Below the pieces are notes generated by a model, which did not search any database, was not told the DNA's origin, and saw only the letters and a list, made by a program, of their open reading frames with translations. The position numbers were made by a program, and so were the translations under genes. Shown piece by piece: positions 26,353-35,531 of a stretch of 64,000 nt of DNA (the first letter of the stretch is position 1; each line of letters starts with the position of its first letter). The stretch is from NCBI GenBank assembly GCA_964618645.1, contig CAZUBW010000004.1, forward strand, positions 523 through 64,522, written 5' to 3'. This stretch comes from an uncultured Bacteroidales bacterium. Lineage in GTDB: Bacteria > Bacteroidota > Bacteroidia > Bacteroidales > UBA10428.

Positions 26353-27471
26353 TTAATGTGCAAAATCGCGACGGGTTTTGGTAATTTCCACCACTTTGGT
26401 TGGTTCCATGGTGGTGTTACGCTTCATCAACTGAATTACCAGGTTGTCGCATATGGTTTTGAAAGATTCGCTTACAGGGCCCTTCGACAATACAGCAGGT
26501 TCGCCATTGTCTCCACCTTCGCGGATACCTTGCACAAGCGGTATCTGCCCCAGGAGGGCAATGTTTTGCTCAGCAGCCAGTTTGCTGCAGCCGTCTTTGC
26601 CAAATATATAGTATTTGTTTTCGGGTAATTCGGCCGGTGTAAACCAGGCCATGTTCTCGATGAGTCCAAGTACCGGAACATTCACACCCGGGGCCCGGAA
26701 CATATTAATGCCTTTAATGGCATCGGCCAGGGCCACATCCTGTGGAGTACTTACAATAACCGCACCGGTAACCGGAACACTCTGCACCAGGGTAAGATGA
26801 ATATCACTGGTGCCCGGAGGCAGATCAATAAACATATAATCAAGTTCGCCCCATTCGGCGTCTCCCATCAATTGCTGAAAAGCCCCCGATGCCATTGGTC
26901 CCCGCCATATGGTGGCTTCGTTGGGATTAACAAAAAACCCAATGGATAAGGTTTTTACGCCGTATCTTTCAACAGGTACAATGATGTCTTTTCCATTCAC
27001 CTTGTTCACCATGGGATTGGCGAATTCCGCCTTCAACATTTTAGGCACCGAAGGCCCGAAAATATCAGCATCAATTAATCCAACCCTGGCCCCTGTGGCG
27101 GCAAATGCAACGGCCAGGTTAACTGCAACGGTGGATTTACCCACGCCACCCTTACCTGAGGCAATGGCGATGATGTTTTTCACCTCGGGCAGGTATTGCG
27201 GTTTGGCAGAAACGGGTTTAACCGCCGGTGTGCTTATTTCAACTGACACCACAACCGCTTCCCCGAATGCGTCATGAAGCATCTGCTCACAAGCCCTCTT
27301 CAGCGATGATTTTAACGGGTCGTTTACCGTTTTAAATTCCAGGGTCAGGTTTACCTGGTTACCGGTTACAGCAAGACCATTCACCAGGTTTAGTGTAACT
27401 ATGTCTTTGCCGGAAGCCGGGTGTATTACCTTGCGTAATACTTCCAATACCTGTTGTTCGGATAAATTCAT
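26353..27471 (-). CDS. apbC: Mrp/NBP35-family iron-sulfur cluster carrier ATPase
   Basis: N-terminal DUF59-like region (VLEVLRKVIHPASGKDIV), deviant Walker A IASGKGGVGKST, and a CxxC-like region. The ATG at 27471 is preferred over the tracked GTG at 27483. Confidence 0.9.
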   Translation of the reverse strand: MNLSEQQVLEVLRKVIHPASGKDIVTLNLVNGLAVTGNQVNLTLEFKTVNDPLKSSLKRACEQMLHDAFGEAVVVSVEISTPAVKPVSAKPQYLPEVKNIIAIASGKGGVGKSTVAVNLAVAFAATGARVGLIDADIFGPSVPKMLKAEFANPMVNKVNGKDIIVPVERYGVKTLSIGFFVNPNEATIWRGPMASGAFQQLMGDAEWGELDYMFIDLPPGTSDIHLTLVQSVPVTGAVIVSTPQDVALADAIKGINMFRAPGVNVPVLGLIENMAWFTPAELPENKYYIFGKDGCSKLAAEQNIALLGQIPLVQGIREGGDNGEPAVLSKGPVSESFKTICDNLVIQLMKRNTTMEPTKVVEITKTRRDFAH

Positions 27472-27501
27472 GGATACGTTCACTTATTGTGGTAACAGCG
27501 G

Positions 27502-27509
27502 CAAAGGTA
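27502..27509 (-). promoter_or_regulatory. -7 box TACCTTTG upstream of apbC
   Basis: The minus strand reads GCTACCTTTGCC, 30 nt upstream of the ATG at 27471. Confidence 0.6.
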
Positions 27510-27538
27510 GCACTCTTTTCAGCAAAAATCATTACTAT

Positions 27539-27889
27539 TTAGAATAATTCTTTATAAGGGTCCCAGAACAGCTCCTCGAAATCCACCACGCGGTCGTCTT
27601 CCACCCTTACGCCTTCGCTCTCCAATAATTCCTGCATCATGCGCGGATGTCTGAAATGGTTTTTCCCGGTTAACAAACCGTTGCGGTTGATAACCCTGTG
27701 GGCTGGTATGGCTTCGGAATAACTGTGTGACGCATTCATTGCCCAACCTACCATGCGTGATGCCTGGGGAGATCCCGTGAAACGTGCTATGGCGCCGTAC
27801 GTAGTTACCCTTCCCGGCGGTATTTGTTTAACCACCTCGTATACCCGCAGGAAAAAATGTTCATTACCCGATCTCTTCTTCAGGCTCAT
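27539..27889 (-). CDS. alkyltransferase-like (ATL) protein: MGMT DNA-binding fold without the acceptor cysteine
   Basis: VPPGRVTTYGAIA...IPAHRVINRNG. The canonical PCHRV has Ala in place of Cys. The start is uncertain (27889 or 27916); either choice overlaps the trmB 3' end. Confidence 0.8.
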   Translation of the reverse strand: MSLKKRSGNEHFFLRVYEVVKQIPPGRVTTYGAIARFTGSPQASRMVGWAMNASHSYSEAIPAHRVINRNGLLTGKNHFRHPRMMQELLESEGVRVEDDRVVDFEELFWDPYKELF

Positions 27890-28565
27890 CAAGTGTGGTT
27901 TTATGGGGTAATTCAAAACACAGGTATTTAATGGTCATTTCCTGTGCAAGAAATTGTTGCTCATAATAGGTTTGGATTTCCTTAACTGCCCCGTCCAGAT
28001 CTGAATGATAGAGATCATCGGTATTGTAATGCACCGTAAAACTATTGATCCGGGCCAGTTCGAGCGTATAGTCATACAGAACAGGATTATCGGTTTTCAA
28101 ATGTACCAGCCCGTTGTTTTTCAGGAAACGCATGTACTGAAGCAGAAATCGGGGGGAGGTCAGCCGTTTTCTCCTTTTTTTAAGCTGGGGATCGGGGAAG
28201 GTGATCCAAAGTTCGTCTGCTTCGTCGGTATCAAAAAATGAATTGATTTGCTCAATATGGGTGCGTAAAAACATCACGTTTGGAATGTTTTCTTCGAGCG
28301 CCGTGCGTGCTCCGCGCCATATACGTGCTCCTTTGATATCAACACCGATAAAATTCTTTGTTTGAAACCTCCTGGCCAATCCCAGGGTGTATTCCCCCTT
28401 TCCACAGCCAAGCTCAAGCACCAGCGGATGCTGGTTTCCAAAGGCCTTAGACTTCCAACGTCCTTTCAGGTGATGGTCGTGTTGAAATATCTCGTCAAAT
28501 GGCGGCTGAATAACATTGACAAATGTTTCCATTTCAGCAAACCGCTGCATTTTTTTCTTGGTCAT
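27864..28565 (-). CDS. trmB: tRNA (guanine-N7)-methyltransferase
   Basis: LVLELGCGKGEYTLGLA SAM motif, FIGVDIKG, and ITFPDPQLKKRRKRL, typical of TrmB. Confidence 0.9.
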   Translation of the reverse strand: MTKKKMQRFAEMETFVNVIQPPFDEIFQHDHHLKGRWKSKAFGNQHPLVLELGCGKGEYTLGLARRFQTKNFIGVDIKGARIWRGARTALEENIPNVMFLRTHIEQINSFFDTDEADELWITFPDPQLKKRRKRLTSPRFLLQYMRFLKNNGLVHLKTDNPVLYDYTLELARINSFTVHYNTDDLYHSDLDGAVKEIQTYYEQQFLAQEMTIKYLCFELPHKTTLDEPEEEIG

Positions 28566-28594
28566 GTGGTTGGGAAAAATGTAAAAGTATTTTT

Positions 28595-29068
28595 TCAGCG
28601 GGTTTTTGAGGCCTTTTCCACCCGTAATCCCATATGGGTAATGTACTTCACCTCTTTAATCCACATCGCCTGCTCTATATCAAAACGGTAAATACCCCTG
28701 CCGGGAAACCTGATATTGGTCCGGTAGGGATACTGAAGGGTAAACACCGTGGCAGCACCCTTGCCCAGCCATTTTCCACCTGCATCAGCCAGCTGAATTT
28801 CAACGGTATCGCGAACCATGTTGCCGTTGGGAGCGTGGGTGGTCACAAACAAATAAAGGTTGCTGTACTCGTACTGCCCGGTATTGCGCACCAGCAGATG
28901 CACATTATGCGGCGAAGCCGTGTCGGTTATGCTTACATTAAAATGCATAAGATCGTGACTGTTCCACGAATTCCCCTGAACCGGCGTGTATTGTTCAAAG
29001 ACTTTTTGTCTGTCGCACGATGCAAAGATCATGCATGCCCCTATGATCAGGCACCATGTTTTAATCAT
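28595..29068 (-). CDS. gldH: gliding motility lipoprotein GldH
   Basis: An ATG at 29068, directly abutting the upstream stop, gives the lipobox MIKTWCLIIGACMIFASC. The YEYSNLYLFV and KWLGKG regions match my recollection of GldH. It sits downstream of a PSP1-domain gene. Confidence 0.75.
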   Translation of the reverse strand: MIKTWCLIIGACMIFASCDRQKVFEQYTPVQGNSWNSHDLMHFNVSITDTASPHNVHLLVRNTGQYEYSNLYLFVTTHAPNGNMVRDTVEIQLADAGGKWLGKGAATVFTLQYPYRTNIRFPGRGIYRFDIEQAMWIKEVKYITHMGLRVEKASKTR

Positions 29069-29069
29069 A

Positions 29070-30230
29070 TCAGCGGCGTTGTTTATTGTGGTGTTGGGGT
29101 TTATTCCGGTGTTGTTTCTTATTCGGTTTTTGCGACGGACGGTCTTCAAACCGGGTTAAAATCTTTTCGTCAACCGCATTTTTGTACTGGTAATCTATAA
29201 TGGGTGCCAGTTCACTGCTTTCTACCCCTTCGAGCTTTTTTACCTTTTCGCCTCTTTTGTTTTTTTCAATCACTTCAATGACCTGGTCAACCGAAAGGCA
29301 AACAATTTCTGCCGGCATTTCCCTTTTATAGGAATACCACATCAGTCGCTTGAATACATCCGTTTTCTGGTGAAACGCCTGTCCCTGCTCTGTTTCCAGG
29401 GGTATGGAAGTATTCGGGAAGTCTTTTTGGGCATCGAGATACGAGGCCAGCTCATAATTCAGGCAGCATTTCAGCTTTCCACACTGCCCGGCAAGTTTCT
29501 GCGGGTTGAGCGATACTTCCTGGTAACGTGCTGCATTGGTGGTTACCGAAACAAAACTGGTTATCCAGGTGGAACAACACAACTCGCGGCCGCAGGATCC
29601 TATGCCACCTATACGTCCTGCCTCCTGCCTGGCGCCAATCTGCTTCATCTCGATCCGCACCCTCAGTTGTTCGGCCAATACCTTAATGAGTTCCCTGAAG
29701 TCAACCCTGTCGTCGGCAATATAATAGAAAATGGCCTTGGTACCGTCGCCCTGGTATTCCACATCGCCGATTTTCATCTCGAGTTTCAGATCCTGGGCTA
29801 TTTTGCGCGACTTGATCATGGTTGGGAACTCCAGCGTCATGGATTCATTCCATTTATCGATGTCGGCCGGTTTTGCTTTACGGTATACTTTTTTAAATTC
29901 GGTGCCTTCCAGGGGAATATTGTTACGTTTCAGCTGAAATGGAACGAGTTCGCCCACCAGCGAAACAATTCCGATATCGTGACCCGGAGAAGCCTCCACC
30001 GCCACCACGTCTCCTTTTTTCAGTTTCAGCTCGTTCACATTCCGGTAAAAGCCTTTCCGCGTGTTTTTAAACCGTACTTCAACAATATCGGTGTGCTGAC
30101 AGGTTTCAGGTATATCATTGAGCCAATCGTAAGTATCAAGTTTATTGCCGCCCATATCAACAGCTGAAACCGATTCGGCAGCATCTTTTATCAATTTATG
30201 GCATCCACGACCATGGCAATCGTTGGTCAT
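29070..30230 (-). CDS. PSP1 domain protein (RicT/YaaT-like)
   Basis: VEVRFKNTRKGFYRN...GDVVAVEASPGHDIGIVSL, and a Cys-rich stretch GSCGRELCCSTW...QCGKLKCCLNYE. Confidence 0.85.
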   Translation of the reverse strand: MTNDCHGRGCHKLIKDAAESVSAVDMGGNKLDTYDWLNDIPETCQHTDIVEVRFKNTRKGFYRNVNELKLKKGDVVAVEASPGHDIGIVSLVGELVPFQLKRNNIPLEGTEFKKVYRKAKPADIDKWNESMTLEFPTMIKSRKIAQDLKLEMKIGDVEYQGDGTKAIFYYIADDRVDFRELIKVLAEQLRVRIEMKQIGARQEAGRIGGIGSCGRELCCSTWITSFVSVTTNAARYQEVSLNPQKLAGQCGKLKCCLNYELASYLDAQKDFPNTSIPLETEQGQAFHQKTDVFKRLMWYSYKREMPAEIVCLSVDQVIEVIEKNKRGEKVKKLEGVESSELAPIIDYQYKNAVDEKILTRFEDRPSQKPNKKQHRNKPQHHNKQRR

Positions 30231-30317
30231 TATCTTTCGTTTTAATTTCGATCAGGGACAAAAGTAAAAAATTAATTGGTTGAAAACGCTTAAAATCATG
30301 CATTAACTTTTACAGCG

Positions 30318-32162
30318 CTACGGGGTTATGGTCCATGTTGGCTCCCAGTCCCAGTTAGCCCTGAGCGATTCCGGCTGCCCCGAAAGGTACACCTTTTCGG
30401 GTTGAATGTGTTTCAGGTAATGCCCGGTATCCCATACACCATTGTCGTTGCTGTCGATTATCCCCTTAAAGCTATAATTTCCGGGCGGAAGGTAGTCAAA
30501 GGTAATCAGCCCGTCTTCATAAGCCTTCCTGGCTGCAACCACACTGCCTTTGACATCCACCACCTGAACAATGGCAGGATAGGTGTAGCAACTGAAATTC
30601 AGCAATATCCGTCCGTAATACTCCGTCTTTTGTGATACAAAATCGATAATGATGGTATCACTGGCCAGTCCATAAATATCGCTTGCTGTATTTGGCTTCA
30701 GGAATAACCTGTACTGCGTTTCGGGTTCCCATTTGCTTTCGATGTAAAACCTCCGGTGCATAAGCGAATCGGCTAAACAGCGAAACGGCTGTTTAACATA
30801 AAGGGTGTCAACCTTCTTCAGCAATTCCACCGAATCGGGAATGATTTTTTCAATGGGCCGGGAAGCCGTAAGATATACCCGTTTGTTAAGGTCGAGCGTT
30901 CCCCGGTTCGCAACACTGCTGTTTAGTGCCAGCGATACTTTTTGTGGTGTTTCTGCCTCTTTCGGAGGCCTCCGTCTTGAGGCTTCCCTGCCCCCATCAC
31001 CTTTCGCCTGCTGATACCGCAGGGTAACCGTGTCGGTTTTGGCCGTCAACATTCCAGCCGAATCAGTGGTGAGATAATCGAGCTTAAAAACCAACGTGTC
31101 CTTTTTGGTGATCAGGGTATCTTTTATCCAATAAGTCAGCGTGTCCATCTTTTTGGAGAACTCTTCGAGATACCAGTCTTCACCGGGCCCAAAGCTTAAA
31201 GGAATAATTTTCAATGAATCGTAAAGCGGCCTGCTGAAAGTAAAAGTGAGCTGCTCGGGACGATTTCTTTCGCGGTTTACCAGAAATACTTTTTCGTTTT
31301 CTTCCAGGAAGTAGTACATCGACAGATTCAGGGCATTCAGCGTTTTGCCCGGAGCTATTATGGTGTCGGATTCAAAACGCGGTTTATTCTGCCTGACAGC
31401 CCTGAGCGACTCATCTGCCGGCGTGATAATTTTTAAGGTGTCCTTGATAAAGCTTTGTTTCACAACGTTTCCGGCATTGATTACCAAAAGGGAATCGAGA
31501 AAAGCAATTTCCTCCACCCCGGGGTCATACCGTTTGTTGTTGTTTCTGTCCTTGATAGCCGCTATCCTGAAGGTATCGGGATTAATATTATTCACCGCAA
31601 ACAGGCCATCCTTATTTGCCCGTCCGTAGTAGCGGGGCATGTACAACAATGGAGCAGAATCTGCCGGGGATTCGTAAAGCATAATAAAAATCCCGGTCTC
31701 CGCATCGGCTTTCAGGTCAAAAGCATTCACCACTTTTCCCGTAACCGATAACGAATCAATAACATCACCGGTGGCAAATATAAATTCGAAATCGGGCAGC
31801 AGGTTCTCTTCGTTTAAATCGCACAGCGAATTACCAAAGTTCAAGGTATAGGTGGTTTGCGGCAATAGCTCTTCCTCAAAGGTTACCCTGATGGTTTTTT
31901 CCCTGACCCTAATTAATGGCGGCTTTTCCATGGGCGGTGAAATCAGGATTTCCTTTGCCTGGTTTTTTAGTTTCAGGTATTCATCAAAAGTTATATCGAT
32001 CCTGTCGCCATCGAAACCGGTCGAACGGTTGGCAGGCGTACTGCTAATATAAGAAGGCGGATATACGTCTTTTATTCCCCCGGTCGGACTCCCAAGCTTG
32101 GCACATCCCTGAAAGCCAAGTAAAATAAGTCCGGCAATATATAGTCTGATTCTCATGGTCAT
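30318..32162 (-). CDS. large lipoprotein of unknown function (Ig-like/beta-sandwich-rich)
   Basis: An ATG at 32162 (MTMRIRLYIAGLILLGFQGC lipobox) lies just downstream of a TATATTTG box. The tracked start at 32189 lies upstream of that box. No domain recognised with certainty. Confidence 0.55.
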   Translation of the reverse strand: MTMRIRLYIAGLILLGFQGCAKLGSPTGGIKDVYPPSYISSTPANRSTGFDGDRIDITFDEYLKLKNQAKEILISPPMEKPPLIRVREKTIRVTFEEELLPQTTYTLNFGNSLCDLNEENLLPDFEFIFATGDVIDSLSVTGKVVNAFDLKADAETGIFIMLYESPADSAPLLYMPRYYGRANKDGLFAVNNINPDTFRIAAIKDRNNNKRYDPGVEEIAFLDSLLVINAGNVVKQSFIKDTLKIITPADESLRAVRQNKPRFESDTIIAPGKTLNALNLSMYYFLEENEKVFLVNRERNRPEQLTFTFSRPLYDSLKIIPLSFGPGEDWYLEEFSKKMDTLTYWIKDTLITKKDTLVFKLDYLTTDSAGMLTAKTDTVTLRYQQAKGDGGREASRRRPPKEAETPQKVSLALNSSVANRGTLDLNKRVYLTASRPIEKIIPDSVELLKKVDTLYVKQPFRCLADSLMHRRFYIESKWEPETQYRLFLKPNTASDIYGLASDTIIIDFVSQKTEYYGRILLNFSCYTYPAIVQVVDVKGSVVAARKAYEDGLITFDYLPPGNYSFKGIIDSNDNGVWDTGHYLKHIQPEKVYLSGQPESLRANWDWEPTWTITP

Positions 32163-32173
32163 TAATCGCTCCG

Positions 32174-32181
32174 CAAATATA
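32174..32181 (-). promoter_or_regulatory. -7 box TATATTTG upstream of the 30318-32162 lipoprotein gene
   Basis: The minus strand reads TATATTTGCGGAGCGATTAATG. It sits inside the longer tracked ORF, which argues for the 32162 start. Confidence 0.6.
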
Positions 32182-32215
32182 AACAACATATGCGTTGCCT
32201 TATAGGTAGTTTTCT

Positions 32216-32223
32216 TAGATTTG
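32216..32223 (+). promoter_or_regulatory. -7 box TAGATTTG upstream of lgt
   Basis: TAnnTTTG match 21 nt before the ATG at 32245. It overlaps the TTG that the ORF track used as a start. Confidence 0.6.
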
Positions 32224-32244
32224 CATAAATATATCGTTCGTCCT

Positions 32245-33363
32245 ATGACAATTAATTATATTCTCTGGGAGGTATTGCCTCAGTTGGTTGATTTCGGAAA
32301 ATTCGAAATCAGGTATTACAGTTTGTTATTTGCCCTGGGTTTTGTGCTGGGTTATATCATCCTGCTGAACGTTTTTAAAAAGCAGGGACTTACGGCAGAA
32401 CTACTGGATAAGTTAACCATTTATATGGTAATCAGCACCATTATAGGCGCCCGGGTGGGTCATTGTCTTTTTTACGAATTCGATTACTATATTCAGCATC
32501 CGCTTGAAATTATTCTGCCATGGAAAGGTACCCTTGGCGAAGATTTTGAATTTACCGGCTTTCAGGGTTTGGCCAGTCATGGGGCAGCCATTGGTATCCT
32601 TCTCGGCATATGGCTATTTGCACGTAAAACCAAATCGTCTTACCTGTGGACCATGGACATGATTGTTATCGTCACCGCGCTTGCCGGGGCCTGTATCCGT
32701 ACAGGTAACCTGATGAATTCCGAGATCTATGGCCGGCCCACCCAAAGCCATTACGGTATGGTTTTTACCAACGACCTCACCCGTGTGCTTACCTACAAAT
32801 ACGACGGCTTTATCGACAAGGTGAGCTACAGCAAGGATAAAACCACCGAATGGCCGGCTACAGAAGGCGTACCACTAACAATGGACATCCGGTTTTCAAA
32901 AAAAATCAAAGACCAAAACCAGCTTCGACATTTTGGGGATCAACTGCTTGTAACCGACTTTGCCCGGTATTCGTTCGACAACAACGTATTTTTACCCGGT
33001 GGCGACTCGCTTCGTTATCACCTCGAACGCAGGGACCGGCAATACCATATGACTGCACAGATTGGCGGCCGGCCCCGTCATCCTACTCAAATATATGAAG
33101 CGGCAAGCTATCTGCTGATTTTCTTTTTATTGCTCTTTATTTTCTACCGGCTCGATAAGCGGTTGAAAAACGGGTTTATTTTTGGCGTATTTCTTACCCT
33201 GTTGTTCCTGGCCCGGTTTTTTATTGAATTTATCAAGGAAAATCAGGAAGCTTTTGAGGATACCATGACATTAAACATGGGCCAATGGTTGAGCATTCCA
33301 TTTGTGCTGGCCGGTTTGGTATTGATATACCTGAAATGGCCCGGAAAACCAATAGAAACGTGA
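32245..33363 (+). CDS. lgt: prolipoprotein diacylglyceryl transferase (with a long internal insert)
   Basis: YYSLLFALGFVLGY, GARVGHCLFY and HPTQIYEA motifs. The tracked TTG start (32221) is part of a TAGATTTG promoter box, so the ATG at 32245 is used. Confidence 0.85.
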   Translation: MTINYILWEVLPQLVDFGKFEIRYYSLLFALGFVLGYIILLNVFKKQGLTAELLDKLTIYMVISTIIGARVGHCLFYEFDYYIQHPLEIILPWKGTLGEDFEFTGFQGLASHGAAIGILLGIWLFARKTKSSYLWTMDMIVIVTALAGACIRTGNLMNSEIYGRPTQSHYGMVFTNDLTRVLTYKYDGFIDKVSYSKDKTTEWPATEGVPLTMDIRFSKKIKDQNQLRHFGDQLLVTDFARYSFDNNVFLPGGDSLRYHLERRDRQYHMTAQIGGRPRHPTQIYEAASYLLIFFLLLFIFYRLDKRLKNGFIFGVFLTLLFLARFFIEFIKENQEAFEDTMTLNMGQWLSIPFVLAGLVLIYLKWPGKPIET

Positions 33364-34280
33364 ACCACTCACATGATCACCGCCACCACAATCATTTACC
33401 CGCAAATACTTCGGGGAAAAGACTGTTGTGGTCCACCTTCCTGAACCTTTTTATTTCTGTTGCCGAAATAATCGGCGGATTGGTTTCCAACAGCCTTGCC
33501 CTTATTTCGGATGCCCTGCATAACCTGGGCGATACATCGGCTCTTTTTATTGCCTATCTGGCCAATATCATCAGCCGGAAAAAATACAGCCACAAAAAAA
33601 CATTCGGCTACAAACGGGTTGAAATACTGGCCGCGCTGTTCAATGCGCTTATCCTGCTGGTCATTATTGTCTACCTTTTTATCGAAGCATACAAACGCAT
33701 TGGCAATCCCCAACCCGTTAAAGGATTAATAATGTTTGCGGTGGCCGTTGTGGGATTGCTTGCCAACCTTATTTCGGTTGTTCTCCTCAAAAAACATTCG
33801 GGTGAAAATCTAAACATAAGGGCCGCATACCTGCACCTGTTGGGCGATACCATTTCCTCCGTAATTGTAATCGTCTCGGCTGTACTGATTCACTTTTTCA
33901 GCATTTACTGGATTGATCCGCTGGTGACCATTTTGCTGGGCATTTACCTGTTGAAGGAAACCTTTTCCATCATCAGGGAAACCCTGGATATCCTCATGCA
34001 ATCAACTCCTCCTGGACTTGACCTTACCCAAATAAAAGCAGAACTCGAATTGCTGCCCGAAATTGACAATATTCATCACGTACATGCCTGGAATCTTAAC
34101 GATCAGGAAATTCATTTCGAATGTCATATCGACCTCAACACCGATATCCGCATCAGCGAAACCGGAAATATCAAAACCCAAATTAATGATATTCTGGTAA
34201 ACAAATTTGCAATCACCCATGTTACTATACAGTACGAATATAACTGCTGTAACGACAAAGACTTGATTCACAATAACTGA
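33336..34280 (+). CDS. cation diffusion facilitator (CzcD/ZitB-type) transporter
   Basis: His-rich N-terminus HSHDHRHHNH, TM2 LISDALHNLGD, TM5 AAYLHLLGD, and a C-terminal cytoplasmic domain. Confidence 0.85.
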   Translation: MARKTNRNVNHSHDHRHHNHLPANTSGKRLLWSTFLNLFISVAEIIGGLVSNSLALISDALHNLGDTSALFIAYLANIISRKKYSHKKTFGYKRVEILAALFNALILLVIIVYLFIEAYKRIGNPQPVKGLIMFAVAVVGLLANLISVVLLKKHSGENLNIRAAYLHLLGDTISSVIVIVSAVLIHFFSIYWIDPLVTILLGIYLLKETFSIIRETLDILMQSTPPGLDLTQIKAELELLPEIDNIHHVHAWNLNDQEIHFECHIDLNTDIRISETGNIKTQINDILVNKFAITHVTIQYEYNCCNDKDLIHNN

Positions 34281-34296
34281 TATATTAATACAGGAC

Positions 34297-34509
34297 ATGG
34301 AAGCGAAAACAGTAATGGTAAGGGGGATGAATTGCAATCATTGCAAAATCAATGTTGAAAATGGTTTGCTTAAAATCAGCGGCATTGATAAGGTAATGGC
34401 GGATATTGTCCATGGAAGGGTCATCATTAGCGGGAGCCATATAAACCTCGACCAGGTAAAAAGCGCCATTGAAGACCTGGGGTATGCTTATGGTGGGACA
34501 GCGGAATAA
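34297..34509 (+). CDS. heavy-metal-associated (HMA) domain metallochaperone-like protein
   Basis: 70 aa with GMNCNHC (GMxCxxC). Confidence 0.8.
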   Translation: MEAKTVMVRGMNCNHCKINVENGLLKISGIDKVMADIVHGRVIISGSHINLDQVKSAIEDLGYAYGGTAE

Positions 34510-34567
34510 AGGTGTATTTTTATCCCGAAAAACATCTCCCGTTGATAGAGTTTTTATAAGGGTTTTG

Positions 34568-34575
34568 TATATTTG
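34568..34575 (+). promoter_or_regulatory. -7 box TATATTTG upstream of gpmA
   Basis: TAnnTTTG match 49 nt before the ATG at 34625. Confidence 0.55.
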
Positions 34576-34624
34576 CAGGCTCTATTAATGATCAAGTTGT
34601 TCGATTAATCTAAACTTTATTTTA

Positions 34625-35371
34625 ATGTACAAGATAGTTTTGTTGCGGCATGGTGAAAGTACCTGGAACAAGGAAAACCGCTTTACCGGGTGGACCGATG
34701 TGGATCTCAGTGAGAAAGGCATGGAAGAAGCGCGGAATGCCGGTAAGGTTATGAAAGAAGCCGGTTACGAATTCGACGTGGCATATGTTTCGGTGCTGAA
34801 ACGTGCCATGAGAACCTTGTGGCTTGCCCTCGAAGAAATGGATCAGCTGTGGATACCCTGGATCAAAACATGGCGTCTTAACGAAAGGCATTATGGTGCC
34901 TTGCAGGGATTGAACAAGGCCGAAACAGCTGCCTTGCACGGTGAAGAAAAGGTAAAAATCTGGCGACGCAGCTACGATGTCCCCCCTCCCCCGCTCGAAA
35001 GATCTGATCCAAGGTACCCGGGCAATCATCCGGCCTATAAAAGCCTGCCCGCCAAGGATATCCCAACTACCGAATGTCTCAAGGACACTGTTGACCGTTT
35101 TCTGCCTTACTGGCACGAAACCATTGTTCCGGCGGTCAAATCGGGCAAGCGCGTACTCATTGCCGCCCACGGCAACAGCCTCAGGGCGCTGGTGAAATAC
35201 CTCGATAACATGACCGAGGAAGAGGTAATTGAACTGAACATACCCACCGGCACACCGCTGGTTTATGAACTGAACAATGAATTGAAACCATTGCGTCATT
35301 ATTACCTCGGCGATCAGGAAGCCATAAAAAAAGCCATGGATTCTGTTGCCAACCAGGGCAAGGCCAAGTAA
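34625..35371 (+). CDS. gpmA: 2,3-bisphosphoglycerate-dependent phosphoglycerate mutase
   Basis: [18 protein letters not shown] catalytic-His motif, ERHYGALQG, and [10 protein letters not shown]. Confidence 0.95.
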   Translation: MYKIVLLRHGESTWNKENRFTGWTDVDLSEKGMEEARNAGKVMKEAGYEFDVAYVSVLKRAMRTLWLALEEMDQLWIPWIKTWRLNERHYGALQGLNKAETAALHGEEKVKIWRRSYDVPPPPLERSDPRYPGNHPAYKSLPAKDIPTTECLKDTVDRFLPYWHETIVPAVKSGKRVLIAAHGNSLRALVKYLDNMTEEEVIELNIPTGTPLVYELNNELKPLRHYYLGDQEAIKKAMDSVANQGKAK

Positions 35372-35393
35372 TTGTCCGAGTAAATTTAGCATA

Positions 35394-35528
35394 AAGCGGC
35401 TGTGTAAAAAGGCCGATAATCAAAGCCGTCATTGCGAACGAAGTGAAGCAATCTGCTAATATACAAATAGATTGCTTCAGTCGTACCTCCTTCGCAATGA
35501 CGGTTTCGGCCTTTTTACACAGCCGCTT
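35394..35528 (+). repeat. palindromic intergenic repeat, copy B (short variant)
   Basis: Sequence: AAGCGGCTGTGTAAAAAGGCCGATAATCAAAGCCGTCATTGCGAACGAAGTGAAGCAATC - 16-nt centre - GATTGCTTCAGTCGTACCTCCTTCGCAATGACGGTTTCGGCCTTTTTACACAGCCGCTT. The two arms are imperfect inverted repeats. Confidence 0.9.
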
Positions 35529-35531
35529 TTT

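Noticed and set aside
28634-29200. A 188-aa plus-strand ORF overlapping gldH and the PSP1 gene's 3' end.
   Set aside because: It is antisense to two well-supported genes and spans their junction. No independent evidence supports it.
29370-30167. A 265-aa plus-strand ORF.
   Set aside because: It is antisense to the PSP1-domain gene, whose conserved sequence explains the open frame. Its composition is Gly/Arg/Phe-rich with low information.
32221-32244. Upstream alternative starts used by the ORF track: TTG 32221 for lgt, TTG 37050 for the LiaF-like gene, TTG 1464 for the HdrA-like gene, GTG 27483 for apbC, and the long starts at 32189 and 40826.
   Set aside because: In several cases the extension contains or abuts a TAnnTTTG promoter box, or overlaps the preceding gene. 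The extended N-termini also lack sensible signal or domain sequence. Downstream ATG codons give canonical N-termini.
34622-35392. A 256-aa ORF on the minus strand covering the whole gpmA locus.
   Set aside because: It is exactly antisense to a gene with unmistakable GpmA motifs ([18 protein letters not shown]). Its translation has no motif, signal or start context. This is a typical shadow ORF.
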